From Ptychomitrium polyphyllum (taxonomy: Eukaryota): a DNA stretch of 64,000 nucleotides. Made by a program: the position numbers and the translations under genes. The DNA lies in contig OZ316775.1 of the NCBI GenBank assembly GCA_973851085.1, positions 4,278,001-4,342,000 of the forward strand, written 5' to 3'. Below are positions 36,700 to 49,282 of the stretch, in pieces (the stretch's first letter is position 1; every line of letters starts with the position of its first letter). Below the pieces are notes generated by a model, which was given only the letters and a program-made list of their open reading frames with translations, was not told where the DNA came from and ran no database searches.

Positions 36700-38300
36700 A
36701 TGTTTTCTTCTTTACCTCCCTTGTGTTTATGGTTGAAGCACATATTTCACTTTGACATTCTTTAATGGAAAATACTCTCTCAGTTGATGTTTGGAGTCTT
36801 AGGTGAAAAAGAGAGGTGATGTAACTGATGAATAATTGCATTATGTACTCACTCACAGATTGATTGTACATGAGAAGTACAGCAGTTACCACATCACCAC
36901 CCACCATTCAAGGGTTAAAGTTCAGCAATTGGTCAATTCTGTATGAAATCACCACAACTGCTTTGTTGAAAACATGAATTCTTACAGCCAATTCTGTTGA
37001 AATTATTCCACTCACTCCAAATAAATTCATAAGGTTTCTTCCAATGTTGAAGTACTTTCTTCATTGCAAGTGGCAAATCAAGGTTCTGCCTAATTCAATG
37101 ACAAGGTTCTGTTTATTAAGTTGAAACTTTATTAAGTTGCAAAGGGTACAACCTAAAGCACTACCCAAAACTCATCAAGTAACAAAATCAATGTGTGGAT
37201 GACCGAGCTTCCAGGTCACAGGCAGGTGGTCAGGCTTGCAGATGAGACAAGATTGTTGCCACACTATGTCAAATTTCTCCATCTGCTTGACCGTCTGGGT
37301 GATGTTGCACACATCACACTCTTTAGACAAGTGAAAGCAAGATTAACAAGTAACTTTCAAGCTAAAAGTCCACTTATTTGCAAAGTGCACAGTCCCATTT
37401 CCTAAATCCACTGTTTTGCTAAGTCCTCAGTTTCCTAAGTCAACTAATTTCCCAAGTCCATTGTTCCCTGAGTCCACTCGTTTCAGAAGTCCAACATTGG
37501 CCTTGCATAAACAACTTATCAGTTTTCCAGTCATAAGCCTTTAAATATGACAATACTATGGCTTGCCAACCTAGGATTTGGTTACTTCTTAAAAAAAATA
37601 TTGAACTTTTTATTTAAATTATTTAATTTTTATATTTTAAAAGTGCATTCTACCATATTTTTTAATCAAAGGCTATATCAGACTATGTCATAGCATGAGG
37701 AGCAAGTCATGTTTCTTAGATGATACCTAGGTAATATGTGAGTTTAAAGTGGCTACACTTCTTAACTCCATGTAGGGAATTTAATTTTCATCCTCTTTTT
37801 TCACGTTCCTTTAAAATTTCGTATGTCAAAAATTCTTGTATCAATTACTCCACCCATATTTTCGGTCCCAAGTTGGCACAAAAAAACATCACTGAATCTT
37901 CTTGCGTGAGGGTTGTTTTCTTAGTTGCAACTTTTTCAAGCAAAACTTTCTCTTGTGCCGATATAACGAAAAGGTTACAGTGACTGTACACGCCTTCCAT
38001 CTGTGCTTTGTGCAAAAGAAAAGCATAGATTGAAAAGGCACATTGAAAAAAAGAAGCACACCTAAAAATAAAAGATTTATTTATGTGTACACTTCTTAAT
38101 GGCTTCAGCTCCCTGAAGCCCTCAAATATCTCTGATTCACTTGATAGTATTCTTAAAATCTGTAGCCTACTATAAACACAGTTCTCTTCCATTCAAAATG
38201 TCAAAAGCAAAATCCAGTTTCCACCTCTTCTGCATTTTTTGTACCGAGAATTCCTGCCACTAGCTTTTGACGGTTTGATCACTTCCAGCGCACCAGCCAT
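36700..38300 (-). mobile_element. Possible degraded hAT-family transposase relic
   Basis: Minus-strand fragments in plausible order: MQKRWKLDFAFDILNGRELCL** near 38230 (resembles the N-terminal Zn-finger region of Buster/SPIN-type hATs), then LEWW near 36905 and STERVFS near 36775 (resembling the hAT C-terminal dimerisation motif). Many stops. Confidence 0.35.
37364..37497. repeat. Degenerate minisatellite, 16-17 bp unit (consensus about TAAGTCCACTGTTTCC), about 7 copies
   Basis: taaatccactgttttgc / taagtcctcagtttcc / taagtcaactaatttcc / caagtccattgttccc / tgagtccactcgtttc / agaagtccaac. Confidence 0.75.
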
Positions 38301-41264
38301 GTCAGTCGCTCCGCCAGACAGCCACCCCTCGTCCCCGACCGCCAGCTGCATAAGTATTAATATCCAAAAACAATCACTTCATTAAACACCAACCATATCT
38401 ACCAACCATATCTACCCATACTCTACACTTTGTTTCTCTGAGATCTAAGTAAAGGTTTTGATAGTGTGGGTTTTAGGTACAGTAACATATTTAGGTGATT
38501 AATATGCTACCGCCAGACGGAAGCATCATATTCATCGTTTCGTGGGCCAGTGTGCTGTCCCCACTATGCTGATGCTTCTCCTGATGCTGTGTCACCTCTA
38601 CTAAACCTGCTCCAGATCTCGGACCATGGCTCCAATGTGCGGCCCACTGCACACACACCTGGAGGTCTGCTTTTTCTGTTCATCGTTTCAGAGATGCTCG
38701 CACAAAACCGTCACTGCACCATTTCCGACAACAATCTACTAAAGTTGAAAGTTGGTTCTCGGGAATCTACAGAAAATTTAGATACAGTCGGTTTCTAGTA
38801 TTGTGATGGTTTTGTGTATGCATACCTTACCTCCACATGGAATCTCTGCTTAAATGCTCTCAATATCATCCATTGTTAAATAGAAGCTTAGGTTACCTTT
38901 TTCATCAATAGTTGACAATAGTATGCAGCTTTCATAACTCATAGAAAGATGATGCATTCGTTCATGAATTAGATTAGAGAATCATACTAAAAACTTTGTT
39001 GGATTTTTGGTTCGGTGTTATTTATTTAATTCATGTGAAACTTGGGTAATATTAGGTGATATCATAATGATACTAGTTAAATTTGAATATGGATATAAGT
39101 TTTTCACAAAGGAGAGGCTTATCTTTATTTCAACTTTTCATAAATCCAATAGTAAAATTAGCCACCTCGTTTAAATTTTTAAGTACATACACAGAAGAGG
39201 ATGTTGCTCCCACTACATAGTATTCTGCATTAAACGACGGGCATACATTTTAACAGGGGCAAGAATTAGCCACCACGTTTGAACAGTGTATCTACAAAAA
39301 CTCACTGTTCGCCACATTGAATCAGTTTTGTTGACCACCTGGTCCTATGATTCTCTTTTACACAACTCTCACAAAACCCTTCTCTGACCTGAAGTATGCA
39401 CACACAGAATCGTCACTGCACTTAAAACCGACTCTTTCTATGACAGGCCTAGATTTCCCAAACCTATTGTTCGCCCCCGGTAGAAAATATCGGTTTGAGA
39501 TATGCTGACGGTTTTAGGTAAGCACCCCCAAATATTCATCAGAATTCACTGAACTCAGGCATGTGCTGAAGCTCGCACAGTTCGTTGTTCCACTAACTTG
39601 CTAAACTCGCGGATAGTGACTTGATGTCCGTTGAAACGAAGGACCAGCTTCAGAATTTGTAGCCAGTTTCAAGATCATATTACGGGAAATGGGAAGAAAG
39701 TTCAAACTGATCCTAGGGAAGAGTAAGTTATTTCTTTCCTCCAGTCGTAATCTTTATGACGAGAAACGAGTAACTTGGACTTGAAGTTACTTTGACGATG
39801 ATTCTTTGAGAAATAAAGAGAGTGACTGTCACCTGACGTGTGCACATCCGAAACCGTCAACGTACTGAAATCTAAATTCATCTACAAACATGTAGATTTC
39901 GAGCAACCAACTGGAAGCTTACGGTAGAAAATGTCGGTTTTGGACATGCATCCCTTAAGGAAGAATTAATATATGTTATACTAACATGTTATTGCACTGT
40001 GTACATTGTATACAGTGTTATAAAATATGTTGTGACTAGCAACCGACAGAGGTGCTTCCGCTGGCTGGCTTTGTGGAAGTACTACTCGATAGACCGGTTG
40101 TGTTAGTGTGAGGTCGGGAGAAGAGACGGGGTCCTCCTCGGGAGAAGTTTATTAATAATTGTTTGCAAAGCTTCGCTTGCGAAGCATCTCACAGTTGGCA
40201 TCCAACCTGGTGCATGTTCCGGAGGGAGAATCGATGCCGGAGCCCCATATCCGATCAGTCCGCATACCTACTTGAATCCATACATATTGTACATGTAGCA
40301 GTGATGTATCTACGCCATGTATAAAAGCGGGGTTTTCGTAAAGCGGTTGGGAATAAGGACCCTTACGTAGCCGCGAGCTGGACACTAGGTCGCTCTTGGA
40401 GAACTGTTGTGCAAGTTACCAGTTACACCCGCAGATGCGAAAACGCTCCAGAGGAGGCGTTCTGATTTTCCAGAGGCTCACACGTGGAGGGGAGACTCAT
40501 TCGTACGTACTGGACTGCCTGGTGTGGCAACAACTTTGCGGCAAAGGTAATCACTGCCTCGGAGGACGACCACTCCATGGCCAAGGTCTGGTGATGCTAG
40601 TAGCTAGAAAGGTAGTAGCTCAGTGTAGGGGTGGACTTATCGTTTGGGTTTACGGTATGATGTTGCAGAGTCGAGGAGTTAAATGGAGATTGACCGTTGA
40701 AGAGACGAACTGGGTTTTTAGTGAATTTAGGAGGTGATCTCATGAGTTTAGATTCATGAGGGAAGGGTTCTGATGAGGTGAACAGTGGTTTAGCGTCGCG
40801 AAAGGTTTTATCGAGGTTCAGTGGGATTCGTCGTCGACGTCAGTGTTGGACGGAGAGTGGCGACAGGCAGCTGCAGTTGGCTGCTCGCGAGGTACATCAC
40901 GTGCCGGACGTTGGTGACCTGGTCGAACGCGGATTACTGCGACTTGCAAGCAAAACTCTTACTTTATAGTGTGCTTTAGATTTTCATGAGTGGCGAGAAG
41001 GGCTAAGTGAGCAATTTTTTGGAGAGGTAGTGCAGATTCGAATCGAATTTGGTGAATAATTTGGACCTCATGTTGCGAGAGAGATTTGTCGAAGTAAAGG
41101 AGTCGGATTCATTAGACGTCGTTGAATTGATTCACTTTCAGGATCGATCTCGACACGACCTGATCGTTGTTTCATGAACTTCGGTTGCGCAAGGAGCTGT
41201 CGCTTAGTCTTACCTTGAGACGAGAGAGGTGAGAATTTTTCATACAACTCGTTGGAGAAGAATA

Positions 41265-43088
41265 ATGAAAGATTTTAAGGAGACGGCGAAACAGGGTAGG
41301 GAGACAGGGGGCGTGAAGGAGAAGGTGTGGTCGAAGGAGCTCGGCTGCCAAGCCGCTGTCAATTTCCGCATGTCGACTTGCTCGGAGGTGCGGATCAACG
41401 TGGTGTATGCCTTCGTGGTTGCTTGCGGGGTTTTCTTAATCCTCGCGCAGTTGCTCCCCCTCCAAAACCTCGACACGACGAAGCTATGGTGCAGCGACAG
41501 CTCCCAGGCGCTCGCAAGCATGAACCTCGCCGACGTTGCGCCTCTTTCGGAATCCTTTCTCCGTGAGAAGATCAACGCGTCCGCCATAGACATCACATCC
41601 AAAGGGGAGCTCCGAGTTTTCAAGCCGCATGGGCTAGCGACCCACTTATTCATCGAAATGGGCGCCTACCGGGGGAGCCCTCGCGTCTTCTCCATCGTGG
41701 GTCTTGTTGCGAAGCCCATCGAAACGTTCCACGAGCCTCCATGGTTGTGTGAGTGGCTTCCCCACGGTGGCAGAAAACCTATCAAAGGCAAGGCTAGCAA
41801 AACCCTCCCGGATTGGAATTACGGGAAGCTCTACACTGTCGTGGTGATCACGTGTACGTTCCGTAAGGACGTCGGGGTGCAGAAAGAGGGCGGGGAACTA
41901 GTTTTGCACGTTAGCTATGGGGATCAATACAGGCAACCGGAGAGAATTGCAGTGCTTACAGAGAAACAGGGAGAGTACAATGCGACAATGTTTAATCCTC
42001 CTTACCCTTACGATTACGTCTACTGCGGGTCGTCTGTTTATGGCGACGTTAGCCCGCAGAGGATGCGCGAGTGGTTGGCGTATCATGCGTATTTCTTGGG
42101 CGAACGGTCGCACTTCATCTTTCATGACGCGGGTGGGTTTCATCCCGATGTGTGGACTGTTTTGGAGCCGTGGATTCAGAAAGGGAGAGTGTCAGTGCAT
42201 AACATTAGGCAGCAGGAGATTTACGATGCCTATTATCACAACCAGGTACAGAAAGTTTTTCCAACTCAAATATTCTGAATTCACAAAGGTTGGCCGTAAT
42301 ACAAGTTCATCAGCATGATGAATCTGAGAATGGTTGTGCATTTTCGAGATTGTTCTGATTTGAGTTTCGTTTGTGTAATGTGAACCAGTTCTTGGTGGTG
42401 AACGATTGCTTGTTCCGATCGCGGTTCAGGGCCAATTGGACCTTCTTTTTTGATGTGGACGAGTATCTGCATGTGCCGCCCACGACCTCTCTATCGGAGA
42501 TTCTTGATGCGAATCCGAACATCACTCAAATCACGTTTGAGCAAGTACCAATGTCAAACGAGATCTGCGTTGCGGATAATACCACAGCTGATAGCCATGC
42601 TAGGTAAGGTACTAAGTTAAATGTTATCTTTTATATACGTTCCATCTCCTGCAGAGCACTACTGAATGGCAACACTACATGTGAGAATGTTAGGAAATGC
42701 TGAGGATGATGGATTTTGGTTGTGATACAGAGAATGGGCATTTGAGAAACTAGTCTACAGGAGAGTGTTGAAACGAGGGATTCGCTACGACCGCAAGTTC
42801 GTGGTGCAAGCGCGACACGCAACGGCGACGGGGGTTCACATGTCGATGAACATGAGGGTAGGGAAGAACCTGTATCCCAAGGGCGATAGAATCAGGTACT
42901 ACCACTACCACGGCACAATCAACCAACGCGAGGAGCTTTGTAGTGTGCTGGTCCGACAGGAGAATAGAACCGATGTGCAGCGGTACCGAAGCCATAACTA
43001 CCGTATCGATGAGACGTTGTCCACGACGGCAGACCTCGTCAAAACGTATGAGCGTCGAACAGTTGGAGCGCTTCCATTTATCTTGTAA
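41265..43088 (+). CDS. GALS: GT92/DUF23 glycosyltransferase, GALS-like, copy B. Exons 41265-42245, 42389-42603, 42731-43088
   Basis: TM anchor, then LFIEMGAYRG, LPDWNYGKLYTVVVITCTF, YDYVYCGSSVYGDVSPQRMREWLAYHA, FHDAGG, YYHNQFLVVNDCL, FFDVDEY, WAFEKLVY, ATGVHMS and YYHYHGTI. Confidence 0.95.
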
Positions 43089-45675
43089 AGTTTTTAGGAA
43101 CTTCCTACTTCGGCTGCTTCATGTGTTGGATGCATGCGGGGCATGTACTTGAGAGAATTTTGTGGTTGGCGGAACGATTCTTGGAAGTTTGTTCTTGACC
43201 TCTCTCACTTTGATTATGGAGCCCAAGAAGTGGACTCTTCCTTGCTGTGCGTTAGATCCATACGATACTGTGCACGAGGTTTGTATAAGTAGTGTGTGAT
43301 CAGAGGACATCTAAAAGGGGTTCTTTGGTTATCACAAAGTTCGATTATTTGGTGGGTTAGCAACCCTAATTTAATGTCGCACTGATGTCATTCAGTGCCC
43401 CTGGCATACCGGCTCTTCCTTGTACAATGATCCTATTAAATAAGAGCTGCTTGCACCATTTGTACGATATACTGTGTCTCTGTTGGTGGGTGTGAGTTTG
43501 TCATGAAGTTCTTGGTTCCAGGATTTGAGTTTTCTATAATGTTCTACTGAATACTGCTTCTTTTGAAGCTTGGGTTGTCGCCAGCCCTGCTGTTTCGTGA
43601 AACTCTTTCTTTAGGTAGGGGTTGTGAGCTTAGATGGCCTTAAACACAGCCCTGAACTAGAGAATATCCTGGGCGGCATTAGTACCAACTTAGAAAAGGA
43701 TGGTTGAATTATTACCTATGGAAGAAGCTGACAAGTGATTGTCTTAAGCACTTGTGAGTTCCTCAGCTAGAGATTAGTTATTCTGTTTCTTGTGAGTGAA
43801 TTTTTAGGAACGCAATTACAAATTCCACCTTCAGCGCAAGCTCCATACTCTGTCAATTCCATAGCCATTTGTTTCGGTTCTTACAGTATATTAGAGGAAG
43901 AAATGCAAATATTGTTCCTTGCGTAGTATACATTTTCTTGCAAAGCTTCTTGATTGATACGAGAACGATGTGCTCCTGACCTAAACCGGAGCAAATGAAG
44001 TTTAGAGTATTTGCTACAGAAATAGGTGCAGAAATAGAAATACATGCTACAGAAGTACAGTGCAACTCATAGCATACAGGCAGTTTTACAGGTAATCGAC
44101 ATCCTGTAAATGTCTCTTTCCTTCCCTTCATCCTCCAAGTTAGCGATCATCAATCCTTTGCATATTACTTAACTTGAGGTTTCTCAATTCTTGAATGCTG
44201 TGGGGTTGCAGTGAATTTCTGAGTTATATTTAAACTTCATTTCATGGCAAAGTCGGTGCCTGTGCATAGTTTGCCCACATTCTAAAAAAGTAAGACTCAC
44301 CTAGATTTAAACTGTCGGTTTGAATCACCAAATCAGTGTTTTCAATTTGATTCACGACCTGCTCGATTCTCTCACAAAGGCACGAGATTCAGAGTAAATA
44401 GTCTGGACTCTGCAGACAGTGGACTCTTCTTCGTGTGTGAAACATGACATCTAGTCCTCATAAAGCCCAGTGATCTTCCACCTTGGACAGTGGATGGCGA
44501 CGGTCGCCCACATCATCGACTGAATGAGCACATACAACCATCCTTCTTCTGAATGGAATCTAGTGTCAAACATTACATCTTTTACTCTATCTGGTGAGAC
44601 CAATTGGGCATGACGCATCTGGAGCAGTCCTCGAGGTGGAATTGCTGGGAATGTCCCCTGCAAAGGAACACTTTTAGTGCTATGGAGCATGAGGAGTTGA
44701 TGAAGGAATATTTCACAGAGATTGTAAAGACTTCCACTTCTATGCGGAGTTCTCCGAGGGGTGGCCAGCGTACTGAGAAGCAGTAGGAGTGCAATCGGAA
44801 TATGGAGATTCGCTATCCCCTGGTAAAAGACGGTTTCAACGGTAGTAAATGAGAGCTGAATGTGGAATTCTGAGGTGGATATATGTATCAATCTTGAAAT
44901 ATGTGACATGGAGATGGCATGCAATTTTGATTTGCTGGATAATGGCAAAACACACCTCAGCATAATTTAGTTTGGAAATCAAAAGACAATCAGGGTTTTC
45001 ATTTGTAGCCAGGTTTTGGCACTGGTTTGATCGTTTCTTACACTATGGTAGGAGATTTTTTTTTCCCTCTTCTGTACAACTGGTCCAAAACTCTCTTTTG
45101 GATTACATTGAGTTAGGTTAAGTTGAATGGGATTTAGGATTGCTAGAGCTAAGCTATCTTCTGACAAAGCATTAATACAAGAAGGAAGTTAAGTGTTCTG
45201 ACTCATTTAAGGAGTGATCAACAACAATTTGTTCTGCTCTACGCTAGCCGCTAGGTCTAGGATGTTGCTTCCAACTTCAGTCTTGATGCAGCACGGTGCT
45301 ATCATAAAACAGGTGCAGGGGTTTCTTTATTTATCAAGCAACAAAAACACAGTCGTAGAGCACATATGAGATATGGCACACTTGTCTTTTGCTCTTACAA
45401 AACATGTTAAAATTGTAAGAACATCTCTGATATGTATCTTTCATGTAAATAAAGATGTTATTTCTTCTAGATCCGTAGCTCATACATTAACCTATGCCAA
45501 GGACATAAGTAGTGAGCTTAGAATTAGTGCCCTCTTTGTTCGGCAGACAGAAGAGCTGTTGCTACAAACAAACTATTTGAGCCTATAGAGAACGGGGACA
45601 GTTTATTAGAGGGTTTTCTCCCAAACACAAAGTGTTTTACTGAGGAAACCAACCTCTATCTTGATCAGCTGCGAC

Positions 45676-46580
45676 TTAGAAACTTGTTCCATTGCATTTG
45701 CGTCCGATGACCTCTCCACATAGGTCGTCATTTTTGGGCAGGAATAAAGCACTTGTGAAAGTATCAAACCGAACACCAGAAGGGATCGCGTAATAGTGAA
45801 CAATCACAAAGATTCAAGACTACCGAGTTGCTCGTGTTGCCCAGCTTGGGAGGTACTGGACCGTGCAGTTTGTTGGCTTCTAACATCAAACATGTTACAT
45901 TTTGCAGCAACTCTTGTTTGCTTGGAATTTTGACCTGCACATAACTACTCTCGTTTAGTTCCCTTAAATTAATTATACTAATCTCCATGTTGCAAGTGAC
46001 TGATTCGAAAAGAATTCGAAGGAAGTTCTTAAATCTCCTGATTCAGGTCAGACCAAATTAACCTACGTGTAAGGTGATCTGATGTTAACTCGTCCTTAAA
46101 TTCTCAAAAGGAGTCAAAATATGAAAGATTTTCAAGCAGAGCATGATGAGGTCTTACCCCTGAAGCCATTCTGCTGTAAGTTAATCACTCGAAGGTGAAA
46201 AAATTAGCAGTATCTGCAGGAATGTCACCCTCCAGCTAATTCTTCTGCAAGTCTACTCTTACAAGCTCGTGGCACTTCATCATTCGATCGAGGAACGGCA
46301 CTACTAAAACATCCTGAGAGAGATTCAGGTATGTTCTAGGGATGTATCAGGGCAACCTTGGAGGCAAGTAGCGCTGCTACATCTTTCTTTCACAGCTGTG
46401 GATTTTGCATCGACAAGCTGCCAACGGCTGGAACACTTATAACCATGGACCCCAGTGGCAGTAACCGTCCCTGTACCAATGAGCGGCACGACCGTGACGA
46501 TAAGCAAAGCTTGCCGTCTCACTGTCCGAGCTGGTTCATGAGTCATGATGTTTATGGCTCTGAAGATTGAGCAACAACAC
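45676..46580 (-). pseudogene. Degraded plant-type LRR receptor-like protein/kinase ectodomain
   Basis: Ordered fragments with stops and frameshifts: RRQALL...HGYKC (LRRNT-like), YLNLSQDVL, CHELVRVDLQKN*LEGDIPAD, LRVINLQQNGFRG, LMLEANKLHGPVPPKLGNTSNSVVLNL, then the C-cap AIPSGVRFDTFTSALFLPKNDDLCGE...KC. Confidence 0.75.
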
Positions 46581-46848
46581 AACCTACGGTTAGTTTTCCG
46601 ACTCCGAAGCTGGAATAACCCTTTTGGAAAGTATCATTACTTCTTATTATGCTGAGTATCAAGAATGTGCAACTGTAAAAACTTAAGTGGCAACATACTC
46701 AAGCTTCTACTAGAACTCAGTTTCTCTCTATCCCAGCTCTATGCAGTGAAAAAAGGATAACCATGGCATCCATATCTTAGTGCAATAACACTACGGTAGG
46801 TAGTGGTCCTTTTGTACAAATTGAGTGCACATGGTGTCAAGCTTGCAC

Positions 46849-47077
46849 CACTGGTAGAGAAAATGACATGTAAGGTCCTCAGCTTCATCCGCCTAACAAT
46901 ACTGGTAGAATTGTGTTGTGTTTTGAAGTGTTTTGAAGTGTATTGAAGACCTTACATTGGTAGTCATCCATTTGTACCATACAGTGTATCTGTTGTTAAT
47001 GCATCTGTGCTCCAGGGAGTAACATGGAGGGTCTTCAAACCACTTCAAAACACAACAAAAAGGGTCGTTCTGTAGTG
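46849..47077. repeat. Inverted-repeat/hairpin element (MITE-like or small-RNA hairpin)
   Basis: tgttgtgttttgaagtg...ttgaagaccttacat (46913-46957) is the near reverse complement of atggagggtcttcaaaccacttcaaaacacaaca (47024-47057). An extra inverted motif copy lies at 46868-46881. Confidence 0.7.
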
Positions 47078-49282
47078 GCCTCTTTCTGACATGATGTTTT
47101 TATGGTGTCAATGCTTGAATGCACCTTGAGTTTGGAGAATGATGTTTATCCTGAGAGGAAGCAGCTAGCTGATTTTGGTTGTGAGGGACCAGGAGGAGAA
47201 GCTTGCACCTGTGCTTTGTCACTGATTGGGGAAGGAGTGGAGTTACAATTAAAACTTGTAGGTGGAGGTGGATTTAAAATTTCTTCCTATTGAATTGGTC
47301 CGATGGCAAATAAAGATTGTCACTAGTATTGCACCCCTATCTTCTTGCTTGCATCCTCATACGTATCATCTTCTACACTTTAAGAGTTTTTGAGGAGCCT
47401 GCATGAGTAAGGTGCCTGTTTGTGCATCATCTTGTATTGATATCCACGGAACATCCATTAAGGGTTTATAACGGAGATATTTTTAACATTCAGAAATTAG
47501 CCAAGAACATCCATGATCACAAACCACTCTTTAGCAAGCATGTAAGCCACTTAACACAAAAGAAACTATGTCATGAAGATTTTAAATTTTGAACATATAT
47601 AACTTTTTAATATGATGTCCAAGTAAATCTTTCAAGGAGTATTGAAATTTTTTCTTTTATGGATATGGTTCAATAAAAATTACGTTCTATTAGTGATAAT
47701 CATACTTAATTGTTTAAAATCTTAATTATGGATGTTGTTGCTTTAAAGTTCACCATCCAACTAATAAAGAATGTAGTGTGCTTTGCGGGATAGAATGAAA
47801 TTTAGACCAAGTTTGCATATATAAAGTGAAGTTTGAAATTAATAAATGACAAAAATTAGAGGTTTTAAAATTGATTTGTAATAGTGACTTTGGAAGTCAT
47901 TTTGAAAAGTTAGGAAAATTAAGTATTAATCCTTTTACAACCAAATTCTTAAAGTATGGCCAAATTTGACTATTAGTTGATGTGTCTGAAATGTTTTATA
48001 AAAAATGATAAGTTTTCTATTTCATGCTTAAGTAATAAATTTGAAAGCTAATGCAACATTAGAGTATTTTTGATTAAAAGAATATGCCTATTTAATAAAA
48101 TATTTTTTAAGAAATCATATTCTTGGAAAACAATTATTGGAAAAATTAGGCCTTCACCTTGGATCTTGTAACACATCTCTACAAAACGTCAAATTCCATC
48201 CTGAAGCGGTAAGGGTTTAGGATTTTTAGCAACAAACGTTTTAAACATATAATTCGAGGATATAAACAATCCCTTCCATAAGGAACCCATTTGGTCTTAA
48301 GCCATATACCCGGTTGAATCATATACCCGGTCGTCCCTCACCTAGCCCCGCCGCTGCCACAGGCGATGCAGGCTGCAGTGCCTAGCGTCACGGCTGCGGT
48401 GAGCCGGGCCGCAGGCAACGCCGCTAGTGCGCATTCCAGCGCACTCCAGCGCGCTCCACACCAACGTGGTGCTCTAGCCGACAATTGCTCACACACTCCC
48501 TGCAGTCCAACTAAGGCATCAGTCCATAGCAAGTAGAACACACAAGCAGCACTGCATGCAAAAGCCACTCTCTAGACGCGGAATCTAGATTTCAGCAACG
48601 TTTAGTGTATGGGATGGCTAGATCGCCAGATTCTCTCTGTTCCACCACAGTGACCCACTTCGCACACGGCAGCGCATGCACACGGATGGTCTCATGGACG
48701 CTCGTCCACTGCTCTGTCTCCATGGCCCTTTGGATCTCAGGCTAACTTAGTGTCGCCCAGCAGAAGTGTTCGAGTCTTCAGGAGCTTTGTGAATGGAAGG
48801 GAGAAGCAAGGCCGAGCGACTGGTAGTCTAGTACTAGTAGCCTGGTTGTGGCCGACGCAGTTAGGCTGCAAGAGGCTGGCTTCGAGTTCTTTGTTGATTT
48901 GGTTCGTAACTTCGTGCTAGCCTTGTGTTGTGCTACGCGGAGAAGTCTTTCTGAGTTCTTTACAGTGTTGGTGGCCTTTACCTCGCGGTATCTTCTGCGT
49001 GACAGAATCTTTTCTTTGACGCGCACGCGTGCGTTGGATTGTCTTACACAACACGCACCCGCGTTGCCGCTGCTTGCCGCTGTATGTTGGGTGTTGATTT
49101 GATCCTCGGTTGTTAATTCTTCGACAGGCCTTCGCTGTATCCCAATTGCAAGAATTTTGCTAGGTTCAGGTTGCAGGTACGGTTTAGAATTCAGAAGGTA
49201 TCGTTCTTAGGCTTGCGCGCGCTACAGCCTTGTCAAATTTCGGTGCTTGGGTGCTTTTGGATGTGATCGAGCGTTGTGAGGA

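Noticed and set aside
37364..37497. Regularly spaced repeats considered as a CRISPR-like array
   Set aside because: Units are contiguous and degenerate, with no unique spacers and no cas genes; eukaryotic context.
44451..44963. 170-aa minus-strand ORF
   Set aside because: No recognisable domain or coding bias; cannot be supported as a gene.
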